This document shows, piece by piece, positions 1 to 9,906 of a stretch of DNA of 64,000 nt. A program made the translations under genes and the position numbers. Numbering within the stretch: the stretch's first letter is position 1; the number at the start of each line of letters is the position of its first letter. The notes beneath the pieces were generated by a model. That model did no database searches, was not told the origin of the DNA, and saw only the letters and a program-made list of their open reading frames with translations. The stretch lies in the NCBI GenBank assembly GCA_964631685.1, contig CAZVZU010000001.1:32001-96000 (forward strand). The letters run 5' to 3'. This stretch comes from an uncultured Actinomycetes bacterium. Lineage in GTDB: Bacteria > SZUA-79 > Acidulodesulfobacterales > Acidulodesulfobacteraceae.

Positions 1-1
1 T

Positions 2-1021
2 AAAAAAAGCATTAAGATTTCATTAGAGGGGTTGAAGCTTGTAAAGAATGATGCGATAAATGCATCGAAGATTGTCTTTATTGCCTGCGGGTCGTCTTAT
101 TATGCCAGTCTCGCTATCAAGTACATAATTGAGACTATCTGCGGCCTTCCGGTTATTGTTGAATATGGTTCCGAGTTTAGATACGAAAATTTTCCTATTT
201 CTAAAAATGATATTTTTGTCGGCATATCTCAGTCCGGTGAAACGGCGGATACGAATAGTGCGTTAGAAGTTGCTCGTTCTAAACGAGCTAAAGTATTGTC
301 TATTACAAATGTACCGGGTTCACAAATTACCGGTTTGTCTAACAAAGGTGTAATTTATACGCATGCTGGACCAGAAATAGGCGTTGCCTCGACGAAGGCA
401 TTTACAACACAGCTTCTTTGCGGGTTGCTCCTTGCACTCTACATTAGAGAGCAATCGGGTTTTATGCCCACGCATCAATGGTTTAATTCAGAAAATATTT
501 TTAGAAATTTAGTGGAACTTCCGGAAAAAATGGAAAATATTCTGTCTATTGACAAAATCATAAAGGATATTGCAAGGAAATATTATAAAAGCAATAATTT
601 TTTATATTTGGGCAGAGGTATATTGTATCCTATTGCCCTTGAAGGGGCATTAAAATTAAAGGAAATATCGTATATACATGCCGAGGGTTACTCTGCGGGG
701 GAAATGAAACATGGGCCTATCGCGTTGGTGGACGAAAATATGCCTGTTTTATTCCTTTTATCCAATAACAAGCTCGCATTGAAAACGATATCGAACATTG
801 AAGAGGTTAAGGCAAGGGGCGGTAAGGTTATTGTAGTTTCAGATTATAAACCAGAGATAGATGGTTTATCTGACATAATAAGGATACCGCAAACACTTGA
901 GGTTTTAAGCCCTATACTGTATACTATTCCGCTTCAGTTATTCGCTTATCATGTAGCCGCTCTCAAGGGAACTGACATTGATCAGCCGAGAAATTTAGCC
1001 AAAAGCGTGACGGTAGAATAA
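2..1021 (+). CDS. glmS: Glutamine--fructose-6-phosphate aminotransferase, C-terminal SIS domains (5'-truncated by window edge)
   Basis: Motifs ISQSGETADT, AGPEIGVASTKAFT, EGALKLKEISYIHAEG, C-terminal PRNLAKSVTVE; frame is open back to base 2, so the TTG at 32 is not the real start. Confidence 0.97.
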   Translation, partial: KKSIKISLEGLKLVKNDAINASKIVFIACGSSYYASLAIKYIIETICGLPVIVEYGSEFRYENFPISKNDIFVGISQSGETADTNSALEVARSKRAKVLSITNVPGSQITGLSNKGVIYTHAGPEIGVASTKAFTTQLLCGLLLALYIREQSGFMPTHQWFNSENIFRNLVELPEKMENILSIDKIIKDIARKYYKSNNFLYLGRGILYPIALEGALKLKEISYIHAEGYSAGEMKHGPIALVDENMPVLFLLSNNKLALKTISNIEEVKARGGKVIVVSDYKPEIDGLSDIIRIPQTLEVLSPILYTIPLQLFAYHVAALKGTDIDQPRNLAKSVTVE

Positions 1022-1025
1022 GGAA

Positions 1026-3179
1026 ATGAAAAATAAATCAGAACAGAGTTCATATTTAGATGGATTAAACGAAGAGCAGCTTAAGGCTGTGCTTCACTCG
1101 GACGGACCTCTTCTAATTCTTGCCGGTGCCGGTTCCGGAAAAACGAGGGTTATAACCCTGCGAGCGCTTCACTTGCTTAAAACGGGCAAGGCTAAGCCAT
1201 ATAATATTCTTGGTGTTACCTTTACCAATAAGGCAGCTAGTGAGATGAAGGAGAGAATTGCAAGGGTTTTAAAGAAAGATTCCGGTCGTGCAAATTTCAA
1301 TGATCTTCCTGAATTTTCTACTTTCCATTCATTTTGTCTTAAATTACTAAGAAGGCATGCGGATTTAATCGGTTATAATAGGTCTTTTGTCATATTTGAT
1401 GAACTGGACAGCAAAAAAATACTCTCAAAGATAGTTAAATCACTTAATGTTAACGAAAAAATATTTACATCTTCTAAGATAAAGTATTTCATAGAAAGAA
1501 ATAAAAATACCCATACAAGTTGTGAGGAAGCGCACCGGCTGGTAAAACCGTGGGAAAAAAACTATGCGATTATTTATGAAGAGTATTCCAAGAAGCTCAA
1601 GGAAAATAATGCAATGGATTTTGGAGATTTAATCTTCAATGCAGTGGAATTATTCGAAAAAAACCCGGGGGTTTTGGAACATTATTCAAAGGTTTACAAA
1701 TACATCATGGTAGATGAATTTCAGGATATAAATTTTATCCAAGATAAATTTGTCAAGCTTTTATCTAAGGAATATAAAAACATATGCGTTGTAGGCGACG
1801 ATGATCAGTCTATATACAGTTTTAGAGGGGCAAATATTGACAATATATTAGGATTTGAGAAGTCATTTCCCGGGTGTAGTGTTATAAAATTGGAAAGAAA
1901 TTATCGCTCAACAAAGAACATTCTAAATGCCGCTTCAAGTGTAGTAAGCTCTAATAAGCATCGGGCGGAAAAGATACTTAAAACGGATAAATCGGGTGGT
2001 AAACCTATAACCGTATATAAGGCAAATACTGATTTGTCCGAAGCCTATTTTGTTGCGCGTGAAATAAGGAGGCTTATAAGGGAGGATGGTTATTCTAATA
2101 TGGATATTGCCATTTTGTATAGGGCAAATTCTCAGTCGAGAATTATGGAAGATAGGTTGATAAAAGAAAGTATTAAATATCATATTTACGGTGGTCTAAA
2201 ATTTTATCAGAGAAAAGAGATAAAGGATATTCTTTCATTTTTGAGATTTGCAGTAAATCCCAAAGATTTAGTAAGTTTTGAAAGAAGTGTTCAGTGTGTG
2301 CCTATAGGTATTGGCGAAAAAACTATAAAAAATATTGAGGATATAGCCGAAAAAAACGATACGGATATTCTGTCGGCTTTTCAGCAGGGTCTTTTATTGG
2401 GAATTAAGGGTTTAAAGAAGCTACAGTCTAATAAAATTGCTTTAGATTTCGGCGGCGGAAAAGATGCTAAAGATTCAAGTACAATAAAAATTGATAAAAA
2501 CGGGATCAATAGAAATCTGCCGCGTCCTGATTCGGTTAACTATTTCAAATTGATTATGGAATTAAAACAATTGATTGAAAGCAAGAGTGACGCGAATATT
2601 CAGGAAAAAAAGGATGAAAACGGGAACAAGCTGGATACTGTCCTTAATTTGGCTTATAGTGCTTCGGGTTATGAATCCTTGCTTAAAGGTGAGATTGGTG
2701 GCAAAAAAAGTGATTTTATCAATGAAATAGATCAGAATAGGATAGAAAATATAGAAGAATTAATGAATGCATCCTTGGAATTTGGAGAATTTGAAAATAT
2801 TACGGACTTTTTAGACCAAAGCCAAATTGATGAAAACAAAGGTAATACGGGAGCAGACAGTGATATATCCAAGGTCTCTCTTATGACACTTCATAGTGCA
2901 AAAGGGCTTGAATTTCCGGTTGTTTTTTTAGTTGGATTGGAAGAACAGCTTTTTCCTCATATAAGGTCTTTAAGCGACGAATTGTCGTTAGAAGAGGAGA
3001 GAAGGCTTTGTTATGTTGGTATAACGAGAGCAAAGGAAAAACTTTACATGACATGGTCTAAAAAAAGGAGGATGGCGAGAGAGTATAAGTATAATTTGCC
3101 GTCTAGATTTTTAAAGGAGATACCTGAAAACCTGATAGAGGAAATAATAGATGATTATGAATACTATCAGGTCTATTAA
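1026..3179 (+). CDS. pcrA: UvrD/PcrA/Rep-family superfamily 1A DNA helicase
   Basis: AGAGSGKT Walker A, TFTNKAA, VDEFQD, VGDDDQSIY, LERNYRST, TLHSAKGLEF, YVGITRA. Confidence 0.93.
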   Translation: MKNKSEQSSYLDGLNEEQLKAVLHSDGPLLILAGAGSGKTRVITLRALHLLKTGKAKPYNILGVTFTNKAASEMKERIARVLKKDSGRANFNDLPEFSTFHSFCLKLLRRHADLIGYNRSFVIFDELDSKKILSKIVKSLNVNEKIFTSSKIKYFIERNKNTHTSCEEAHRLVKPWEKNYAIIYEEYSKKLKENNAMDFGDLIFNAVELFEKNPGVLEHYSKVYKYIMVDEFQDINFIQDKFVKLLSKEYKNICVVGDDDQSIYSFRGANIDNILGFEKSFPGCSVIKLERNYRSTKNILNAASSVVSSNKHRAEKILKTDKSGGKPITVYKANTDLSEAYFVAREIRRLIREDGYSNMDIAILYRANSQSRIMEDRLIKESIKYHIYGGLKFYQRKEIKDILSFLRFAVNPKDLVSFERSVQCVPIGIGEKTIKNIEDIAEKNDTDILSAFQQGLLLGIKGLKKLQSNKIALDFGGGKDAKDSSTIKIDKNGINRNLPRPDSVNYFKLIMELKQLIESKSDANIQEKKDENGNKLDTVLNLAYSASGYESLLKGEIGGKKSDFINEIDQNRIENIEELMNASLEFGEFENITDFLDQSQIDENKGNTGADSDISKVSLMTLHSAKGLEFPVVFLVGLEEQLFPHIRSLSDELSLEEERRLCYVGITRAKEKLYMTWSKKRRMAREYKYNLPSRFLKEIPENLIEEIIDDYEYYQVY

Positions 3180-3238
3180 GTTTACAGGGTTTATTGACAT
3201 TATAATTATAAAATAATCACATAGGGGGCAGATTTATT

Positions 3239-3598
3239 ATGGATGATAAGAAAAATATTATCGACATAGATCATGTTATGAAGCTTGCAAAGTTGGATTT
3301 AAGCAAGGATGATTCAGAACATTTTTCAAAAGAGTTAAATAAGATATTAAATTACATTGATATGCTTAAAGGGGCGGATGTTTCCGGTATAGAAGATATT
3401 TCAGACGAACTGGATTATGATAGCCTGGTTGGTGAAACTACATTAACATCTGAATTTTATCAAGACTGCAGATTAGATGAATGTGCTTCGGACGACAGTT
3501 TTAGTGTTAATATAGTAAAAAGTAATGCTCCGAATTTTGAAGCGGATACGGCTGGTTCTGAACATGGTTTCTTTGTAGTACCCCAGGTTATAGAGTAA
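3239..3598 (+). CDS. gatC: Asp/Glu-tRNA amidotransferase subunit C
   Basis: HVMKLAKL start, NAP...FFVVPQVIE end, directly upstream of gatA-gatB. Confidence 0.9.
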   Translation: MDDKKNIIDIDHVMKLAKLDLSKDDSEHFSKELNKILNYIDMLKGADVSGIEDISDELDYDSLVGETTLTSEFYQDCRLDECASDDSFSVNIVKSNAPNFEADTAGSEHGFFVVPQVIE

Positions 3599-3658
3599 GT
3601 GACATCATTAACTCAATTTAATTTATAAATTTTCATAAAACAGAGAGGAATTTAATAA

Positions 3659-5161
3659 ATGGATTTATGCAGGTTAACGATTCATGAGCTCAACGATCTT
3701 TTGAAGCGTCGCGAGGTGAAGAGTGTTGATATTATAAATGCTTATATAGACAGGATTAAAGAGGTAGACCCTGTTGTATCCGCCTATCTCTACAACGATT
3801 TTGACGAGGCTTTGGCTAATGCGGAAAAAGCCGATATAATTATTCAAAACTCTGCTAACTTTCCTTGTCTTACGGGTATCCCGCTATCAATAAAAGATAT
3901 TTTTCTTATAAAAGGTAAAAAAACCACTTGTGCGTCAAAAATACTCGATAATTTCTTAAGCCCATATGATTCGACTGTTATAAAGAGGTTAAAGGAAAAT
4001 AATTATGTATTCACAGGAAAAACTAATATGGATGAATTTGCAATGGGTTCTTCTACCGAAAACTCAGCATATAAGATAACAAAAAATCCATACGATTTGG
4101 ATAGGGTGCCCGGCGGTTCAAGTGGTGGCTCTGCTGCAAGTGTAAGTGCCGATCTGTGTGCGGGATCTTTCGGGACGGATACAGGTGGTTCTGTTAGGCA
4201 ACCTGCAAGTCTTTGCGGCGTAGTTGGTCTAAAACCGACATATGGGTTGATATCTAGATATGGTATTATTGCATTTAGTTCATCACTTGATCAAGCCGGT
4301 GTTATCACCAAAGATGTTCTTGATGCGGCAATCATGCTTAGAGCCGTTGCGGGGTTCGATGAAAACGATCAAACAACGAGAAGATTTAAAATCAAGAATT
4401 ATCCTGAAATAGTAAAAAAAGCGGATAAATCTATCATGAAAGGCTTAAAAGTAGGTTTACCTGCTGAATTTTTCTCCGAAGGACTTGACCCCAATATTAA
4501 TTCAAAAATTATTGAGATAAGGGATTTATTAAAGGATCTTGGCGCGAGCGTTGTTGATATATCGTTGCCTGATACAAAATATTCCGTAGCGGCATATTAT
4601 GTTATAGCTACGAGCGAGGCTAGCTCTAATCTTGAGAGGTATGACGGCATACGATTCGGTTATAGATATGGCGCAGACAAAGAACATCGGGGATTAGATG
4701 AACTGTATAGGGAATCAAGGGAGCGTGGATTTGGAAAAGAGGTTAAAAGACGGATAATATTGGGGACTTTTGCATTGTCTGCAGGTTATTATGATGCCTA
4801 TTATAAAAAGGCATCATCGGCTCGAAAGTTAATAATAAAGAACTACAAGGATGCTTTTGGGGGTGTAGATATTATACTTGGGCCTACATCGCCGACGCCA
4901 GCGTTTTTAATTGGGGAAAAAACAGATGATCCGCTTAGCATGTACTTATCGGATATATATACTATCTCTGTAAATCTTGCCTATTTACCCGCAGTAAGCT
5001 TGCCGATTGGCGTAATGAATAACCCGACGAAGAAGGATGATGTGCTTCCGATAGGTTTACAGCTTATTTCGCCATGGACTTCTGAAGACAAACTTTTATC
5101 TGTGGCAAGGGTAATAGAGAGCGAGGTCAAATTTCGTCAAAAATATGGCGCTAAAATTTAA
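3659..5161 (+). CDS. gatA: Asp/Glu-tRNA amidotransferase subunit A
   Basis: Amidase signature GKTNMDEFAMGSS, PGGSSGGSAA, GTDTGGSVRQPA; EVKRRIILGTF. Confidence 0.97.
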   Translation: MDLCRLTIHELNDLLKRREVKSVDIINAYIDRIKEVDPVVSAYLYNDFDEALANAEKADIIIQNSANFPCLTGIPLSIKDIFLIKGKKTTCASKILDNFLSPYDSTVIKRLKENNYVFTGKTNMDEFAMGSSTENSAYKITKNPYDLDRVPGGSSGGSAASVSADLCAGSFGTDTGGSVRQPASLCGVVGLKPTYGLISRYGIIAFSSSLDQAGVITKDVLDAAIMLRAVAGFDENDQTTRRFKIKNYPEIVKKADKSIMKGLKVGLPAEFFSEGLDPNINSKIIEIRDLLKDLGASVVDISLPDTKYSVAAYYVIATSEASSNLERYDGIRFGYRYGADKEHRGLDELYRESRERGFGKEVKRRIILGTFALSAGYYDAYYKKASSARKLIIKNYKDAFGGVDIILGPTSPTPAFLIGEKTDDPLSMYLSDIYTISVNLAYLPAVSLPIGVMNNPTKKDDVLPIGLQLISPWTSEDKLLSVARVIESEVKFRQKYGAKI

Positions 5162-5193
5162 ATAAAAGAAGAGTACGAGAGGGATTTTAAAAT

Positions 5194-6720
5194 ATGCATA
5201 ATGATAGCGAAATTAAAAATCAGCGGTTCACAGGGCAGGCAACGGCAGATTCGTTTGAAGCGGTAATTGGACTTGAGGTGCATTCGCAACTTCTAACGAA
5301 TACTAAGATGTTTTGTTCTTGTCAAAATATTTTTGGGAAAAAACCTAATTCTGTGGTGTGCCCTGTTTGTCTGGGGCTCCCCGGCGCTCTTCCCGTTATA
5401 AATTTTGAATGCGTGAGGCTTGCGGTTAAGGCTGCAATGGCTTTAAATATTGGTATAAACAAAAAGAGTTTTTTTGCAAGAAAAAACTATTTTTATCCTG
5501 ATTTACCTAAGGGTTATCAAATATCGCAATATTTAGACCCTATATCGTCGAAAGGCTACTTAATGGTAGAATCTGATGGGGCAACAAAAAAAATTAGAAT
5601 AAACAGACTCCATATTGAAGAGGATGCCGGCAAGTTAATTCACATCGGTAGTGAATCTTATGTTGATTTGAATAGGTCGGGAACCCCGCTTGTTGAAATC
5701 GTTTCCGAACCGGATATATCTTCAGCAAAAGAAGCTACCACTTATTTAAAAGAGTTGAGAGAGATACTTGTCTATCTCGATATATCAGACGGGAACATGG
5801 AAGAGGGGAGCTTTAGGTGTGATGCTAATATCTCTGTGAAGAGAAAGGGTGACACAAAATTGGGTACGAGAGCAGAGATTAAGAATATTAATTCATTCAA
5901 ATTCGTAGAACATGCAATCAATTATGAGATAGACAGGCAGATTAATGTTATTTTAAGCGGAAAAAATGTAATCCAAGAAACAAGGCTGTATGACTCAAAA
6001 GAAAATGTAACAAGGTCTATGAGGGGCAAAGAAGAAGCGCATGATTACAGATATTTTGAAGAGCCCGATTTACCCCCGTTGATTTTGAACGATAAATTTC
6101 TTAAAGAGGTTGAGGGTTCAATTGTTGAACTGCCAAGGGTGAAGAGAAAAAGATATATGTCTGAATATTATTTAACCCCTTATGATTGCGAGGTTTTGAC
6201 GCAAGATAGGAAAATTGCTTATTATTTTGAAGAATTAATAGGTATCAATGTGGAACCTATTAATATTACAGGTAATAGCAACGAGAATAAGCTTGAAATT
6301 AAAAAAATAGCAAACTGGGTTACGAACGATTTATTATTTGCACTAAAAGAAAAGGAATATGGACTGCCTAATGCACAAGCTTTTTTGTCCCTTGTACTTG
6401 CTGTTGAAAACGGTAATATCAATAGAAATACCGGAAAACTTGTTTTAAATGAGATGCTTTCTACCGGTAAAAATCCAAACGATATCATTGCGGAAAAGAA
6501 TTTATCTCAAATGTCGGATGAAAAGGGATTAGGCGATATAATAAGAAAGATATTCGATGAAAATCCTAAGGAATTGATAAATTTAATTGGCGGCAAGGAT
6601 AAACTTTTTGGTTTTTTTGTCGGCAAGGTAATGAAAACGACAAATGGTAAGGCAAACCCAAAGAAGGTTAACGATATGTTGAAAAGTCATATAGAAGTGG
6701 AAAGAAATAAGAATATTTAA
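5194..6720 (+). CDS. gatB: Asp/Glu-tRNA amidotransferase subunit B
   Basis: IGLEVHSQL, RKNYFYPDLPKGYQISQ, HIEEDAGK, DYRYFEEPDL, C-terminal Yqey-like GFFVGKVMK. Confidence 0.97.
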   Translation: MHNDSEIKNQRFTGQATADSFEAVIGLEVHSQLLTNTKMFCSCQNIFGKKPNSVVCPVCLGLPGALPVINFECVRLAVKAAMALNIGINKKSFFARKNYFYPDLPKGYQISQYLDPISSKGYLMVESDGATKKIRINRLHIEEDAGKLIHIGSESYVDLNRSGTPLVEIVSEPDISSAKEATTYLKELREILVYLDISDGNMEEGSFRCDANISVKRKGDTKLGTRAEIKNINSFKFVEHAINYEIDRQINVILSGKNVIQETRLYDSKENVTRSMRGKEEAHDYRYFEEPDLPPLILNDKFLKEVEGSIVELPRVKRKRYMSEYYLTPYDCEVLTQDRKIAYYFEELIGINVEPINITGNSNENKLEIKKIANWVTNDLLFALKEKEYGLPNAQAFLSLVLAVENGNINRNTGKLVLNEMLSTGKNPNDIIAEKNLSQMSDEKGLGDIIRKIFDENPKELINLIGGKDKLFGFFVGKVMKTTNGKANPKKVNDMLKSHIEVERNKNI

Positions 6721-6741
6721 GAATAGAGGGGGAGTAAATAC

Positions 6742-7794
6742 ATGTCTTTTTTTACCTTAAGGCTTAACGATAAAGATGATACGGTTGAGATGCTTGATCA
6801 GAGAAAACTTCCTTTAGATATAACATACGTTAAATTAAGCAGCTATAAAGATGTGCATGATGCTATAAGGGATATGATCATCAGAGGTGCGCCGGCTATA
6901 GGGGTGGCTGCCGCGTTCGGCTTGTATCTAGGGGCTAAATTTTTGTCTGAATCTATATTGCAATATGATAAATTCGAAAGTGAATTTTATAAAATTTGTG
7001 ATTTTATGTTTTCGGCAAGACCGACGGCTGTTAATTTGGGATGGGCAATAGACAAAATAAAATTGCTTGTATCAAAGGGTAGCGGCAAGACTGTAAACAG
7101 CGTGGTGAAAGACATAAGGGATGAATCGTTACGGATTTATAACGAAGATATACAGATTAATAAAAATATGGGTTCTCACGGAGCAAAGCTTTTAGAAGAT
7201 GGATTTACGGTTTTAACCCACTGCAATGCTGGGGCATTGGCTACGGCAGGCTATGGAACTGCTCTTGGAGTCATAAGGTCGGCTATTGAGGAAAATAAAA
7301 AAATATCGGTTATTTCTGATGAAACAAGACCATTTCTCCAGGGAGCAAGGCTTACCACATGGGAACTTATGGAAGATGATATACCGGTTACATTAATTGC
7401 TGATAATTCCGCCGGTCTTTTGATGAGAATGGGAAAAATTAATGCGGTGATAGTCGGTGCCGATAGAATAGCTTCAAACGGTGATGTTGCCAATAAAATT
7501 GGAACGTATCAGGTTGCCGTTCTTGCGACGGAAAACAATATTCCTTTTTATGTTGCGGCGCCTCTTTCTACTATAGATTTGAAGCTAAATTCCGGTGATG
7601 AAATTCCCATAGAGGAAAGAGATGCCACCGAGATTACCAACGTGTTTGGAAAAAGAATAGCTCCGAACAACATTAATGTACTAAACTATACCTTTGATAT
7701 AACCCCAAATAAATATATAGGGGCAATTATAACGGAAAAAGGGATCTTATATCCACCATATGAAAAATCTATTGCGAAAATATTCGGCAAATGA
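6742..7794 (+). CDS. mtnA: S-methyl-5-thioribose-1-phosphate isomerase
   Basis: RGAPAIG, RPTAVNL, THCNAGALAT, ETRPFLQGARLT, GADRIA, NKIGTY. Confidence 0.95.
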   Translation: MSFFTLRLNDKDDTVEMLDQRKLPLDITYVKLSSYKDVHDAIRDMIIRGAPAIGVAAAFGLYLGAKFLSESILQYDKFESEFYKICDFMFSARPTAVNLGWAIDKIKLLVSKGSGKTVNSVVKDIRDESLRIYNEDIQINKNMGSHGAKLLEDGFTVLTHCNAGALATAGYGTALGVIRSAIEENKKISVISDETRPFLQGARLTTWELMEDDIPVTLIADNSAGLLMRMGKINAVIVGADRIASNGDVANKIGTYQVAVLATENNIPFYVAAPLSTIDLKLNSGDEIPIEERDATEITNVFGKRIAPNNINVLNYTFDITPNKYIGAIITEKGILYPPYEKSIAKIFGK

Positions 7795-7851
7795 TAGAAT
7801 ACCATTATCATATTTGTAATTCATATAAATAGAATATCTTAAAGAGAGGCA

Positions 7852-8802
7852 ATGAGCAATATTAACGAAGAAAGTAGTCCGTTTGTAGGGTCCAAGTGTT
7901 GGATGGACGGAAAGTTTCTTGATTATAAGGACGCAAATGTTCCGGTAAACAGTCATTCATTGCATTACGGATTGGGGGCTTTTGAGGGTATAAGGTGTTA
8001 CGAGACAAAATCGGGTAAACCGGCTATCTTCAGGCTTGACGAACACATAGATAGGCTCTATAGCTCTTGCCATATACTCCAAATATCTATTCCTTACACA
8101 AAGAAAGAGGTTAAGGATGCCATAATTAAGGTTGTTAAGTTAAATAAGTTTAAGGGGTGCTATATAAGGCCGCTTGTATTTGTGGGAGACAGAGACGGTT
8201 TAGGTATTTTTATTAAAGATTACGATACGAGGGTTGCAGTGTCCGCATGGTTTTGGGGAGCCTATCTTGGAGATGAGGCTCTTAAGACGGGAATTAGGGC
8301 CAAGGTGTCGTCTTATGCAAGATTCCATGTGAACACATTTATGGGTATGTCGAAATCAACGGGGCAATATATTAATTCCATACTTGCTAAAAAAGAGGTT
8401 GTTAACTCCGGCTACGATGAAGCTATTATGCTTGACACATCCGGATTTGTATGCGAGGCGACGGGGGAAAATGTTTTTATCTATTCAGGTGGTTGCATAA
8501 AAACGCCTCCTTTATCGTCTGTTTTGCCCGGTATCACAAGGGATAGTGTTATAGAAATAATGCAGGAAGAAATGGGTTTAAAAATTGAGCAAGAAAGGGT
8601 TACTAGAGATGAGCTCTATATTGCTGATGAGCTTTTCTTGACTGGTACAGCCGCGGAGGTTACGCCTGTAAGGGAAGTTGACGATAGAGAGATTGGCTCC
8701 GGAAAAGCCGGCAAGATCGCATTAGAGCTTCAAGAAAAGTTTTTTAATATTGTAAAGGGCGGAGACAAGAAATATAAGAAGTGGCTGACATATGTCGGAT
8801 AG
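7852..8802 (+). CDS. ilvE: Branched-chain amino acid aminotransferase (class IV PLP)
   Basis: LHYGLGAFEGIRCY, YIRP, EATGENVF, LPGITRDSV, GTAAEVTPV. Confidence 0.93.
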   Translation: MSNINEESSPFVGSKCWMDGKFLDYKDANVPVNSHSLHYGLGAFEGIRCYETKSGKPAIFRLDEHIDRLYSSCHILQISIPYTKKEVKDAIIKVVKLNKFKGCYIRPLVFVGDRDGLGIFIKDYDTRVAVSAWFWGAYLGDEALKTGIRAKVSSYARFHVNTFMGMSKSTGQYINSILAKKEVVNSGYDEAIMLDTSGFVCEATGENVFIYSGGCIKTPPLSSVLPGITRDSVIEIMQEEMGLKIEQERVTRDELYIADELFLTGTAAEVTPVREVDDREIGSGKAGKIALELQEKFFNIVKGGDKKYKKWLTYVG

Positions 8803-8821
8803 CTATGCCCTTATAATAATG

Positions 8822-9577
8822 TTATTTATATTTTTCAATGTAGTATTTATTTTTGTTAAGAAAGATTTGAATTAGTTCGATGAGCATGGGTATGGAATCT
8901 GCCACTATGTTTACATGTCCTCCGGGTTTGTGATGCCACTCTACACTTACCTCTTTTATATTGATATTGTTTAGCAGTGCAATGTAGAGCACCTCTACAT
9001 CAAAAGAAAATCCCTTTATAACAGATTTAGAAAATATTCTTTTTCCTGTATCTAACCTGAATGCCTTAAATCCACATTGAGAATCATAAAAATTAATTCC
9101 TAAAAGCTTCGATTTGGTAAAGCTAAATGTCTTTCCGACAAAATTTCTAAAAAGGGGCTGGACTATAACCGAGTCATCGGGTAAATAGCGCGAGCCTATT
9201 ATAATATCGATATTTTTTTCTTTTTGAAAAATATTAATAAACTTTGTGATTTCTTGAACTCCGGTCGACAAATCAGCATCCATAAAAAATACCAACTCAT
9301 GGTTAGCAGATAGTATACCCTCTTTTACAGCCGTTCCCTTACCAACCTTTGTAATCGTTATAATCCGCAAGTCGGATGTAAGCATATCTTTTAATATGTT
9401 TAACGTTCCGTCTGTGCTCCCGTCGTCAACAACGATTATCTCATACGAGTACTTTTTTGATTTTAAATAAGACCTAATCTCTGATATGGTCTGCCCAATC
9501 CTTTTTTCTTCATTATATGCAGGGATGACTACGGAGATCCCTATCTTGTCAGATTTTTGAATGCTATTGTCAGGCAT
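8822..9577 (-). CDS. GT2 glycosyltransferase, dolichyl-phosphate beta-glucosyltransferase-like
   Basis: SVVIPAYNEEKRI, VVDDGSTDGT, GKGTAV, FMDADLS, DSQCGFKAF, FSFDVEVL. Confidence 0.88.
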   Translation of the reverse strand: MPDNSIQKSDKIGISVVIPAYNEEKRIGQTISEIRSYLKSKKYSYEIIVVDDGSTDGTLNILKDMLTSDLRIITITKVGKGTAVKEGILSANHELVFFMDADLSTGVQEITKFINIFQKEKNIDIIIGSRYLPDDSVIVQPLFRNFVGKTFSFTKSKLLGINFYDSQCGFKAFRLDTGKRIFSKSVIKGFSFDVEVLYIALLNNINIKEVSVEWHHKPGGHVNIVADSIPMLIELIQIFLNKNKYYIEKYK

Positions 9578-9906
9578 TGATATGATTTAAATAAATGTAT
9601 GATATATATTACGCAATTTGATATAATAAACCGGCTAAACAAGCCGAATAATCTATATTCAACTTAACATAACAAATTTTTTTATTCAAGTTAATAATAT
9701 ATTTCAAAAAAATCATAAAATATTGTATAACAGAATATGACATGCCTAAAAAGTCTAAATTCGTAATTCTCTTGACTATAAATTATTTGAAGGAAATAAT
9801 ATCGCGCGGTATAGAAATATATGCACATATAAAAACCTATCCTTATTTTATCCGTAAGGAAAATTAAGGTCAAACTTTTTTATTAACTTGTCAATCTCAT
9901 GTATAA

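Noticed and set aside
9691..9873. 60-aa minus-strand ORF in the intergenic gap
   Set aside because: TTG start, no RBS, Tyr/Phe/Ile-only composition typical of AT-rich non-coding DNA
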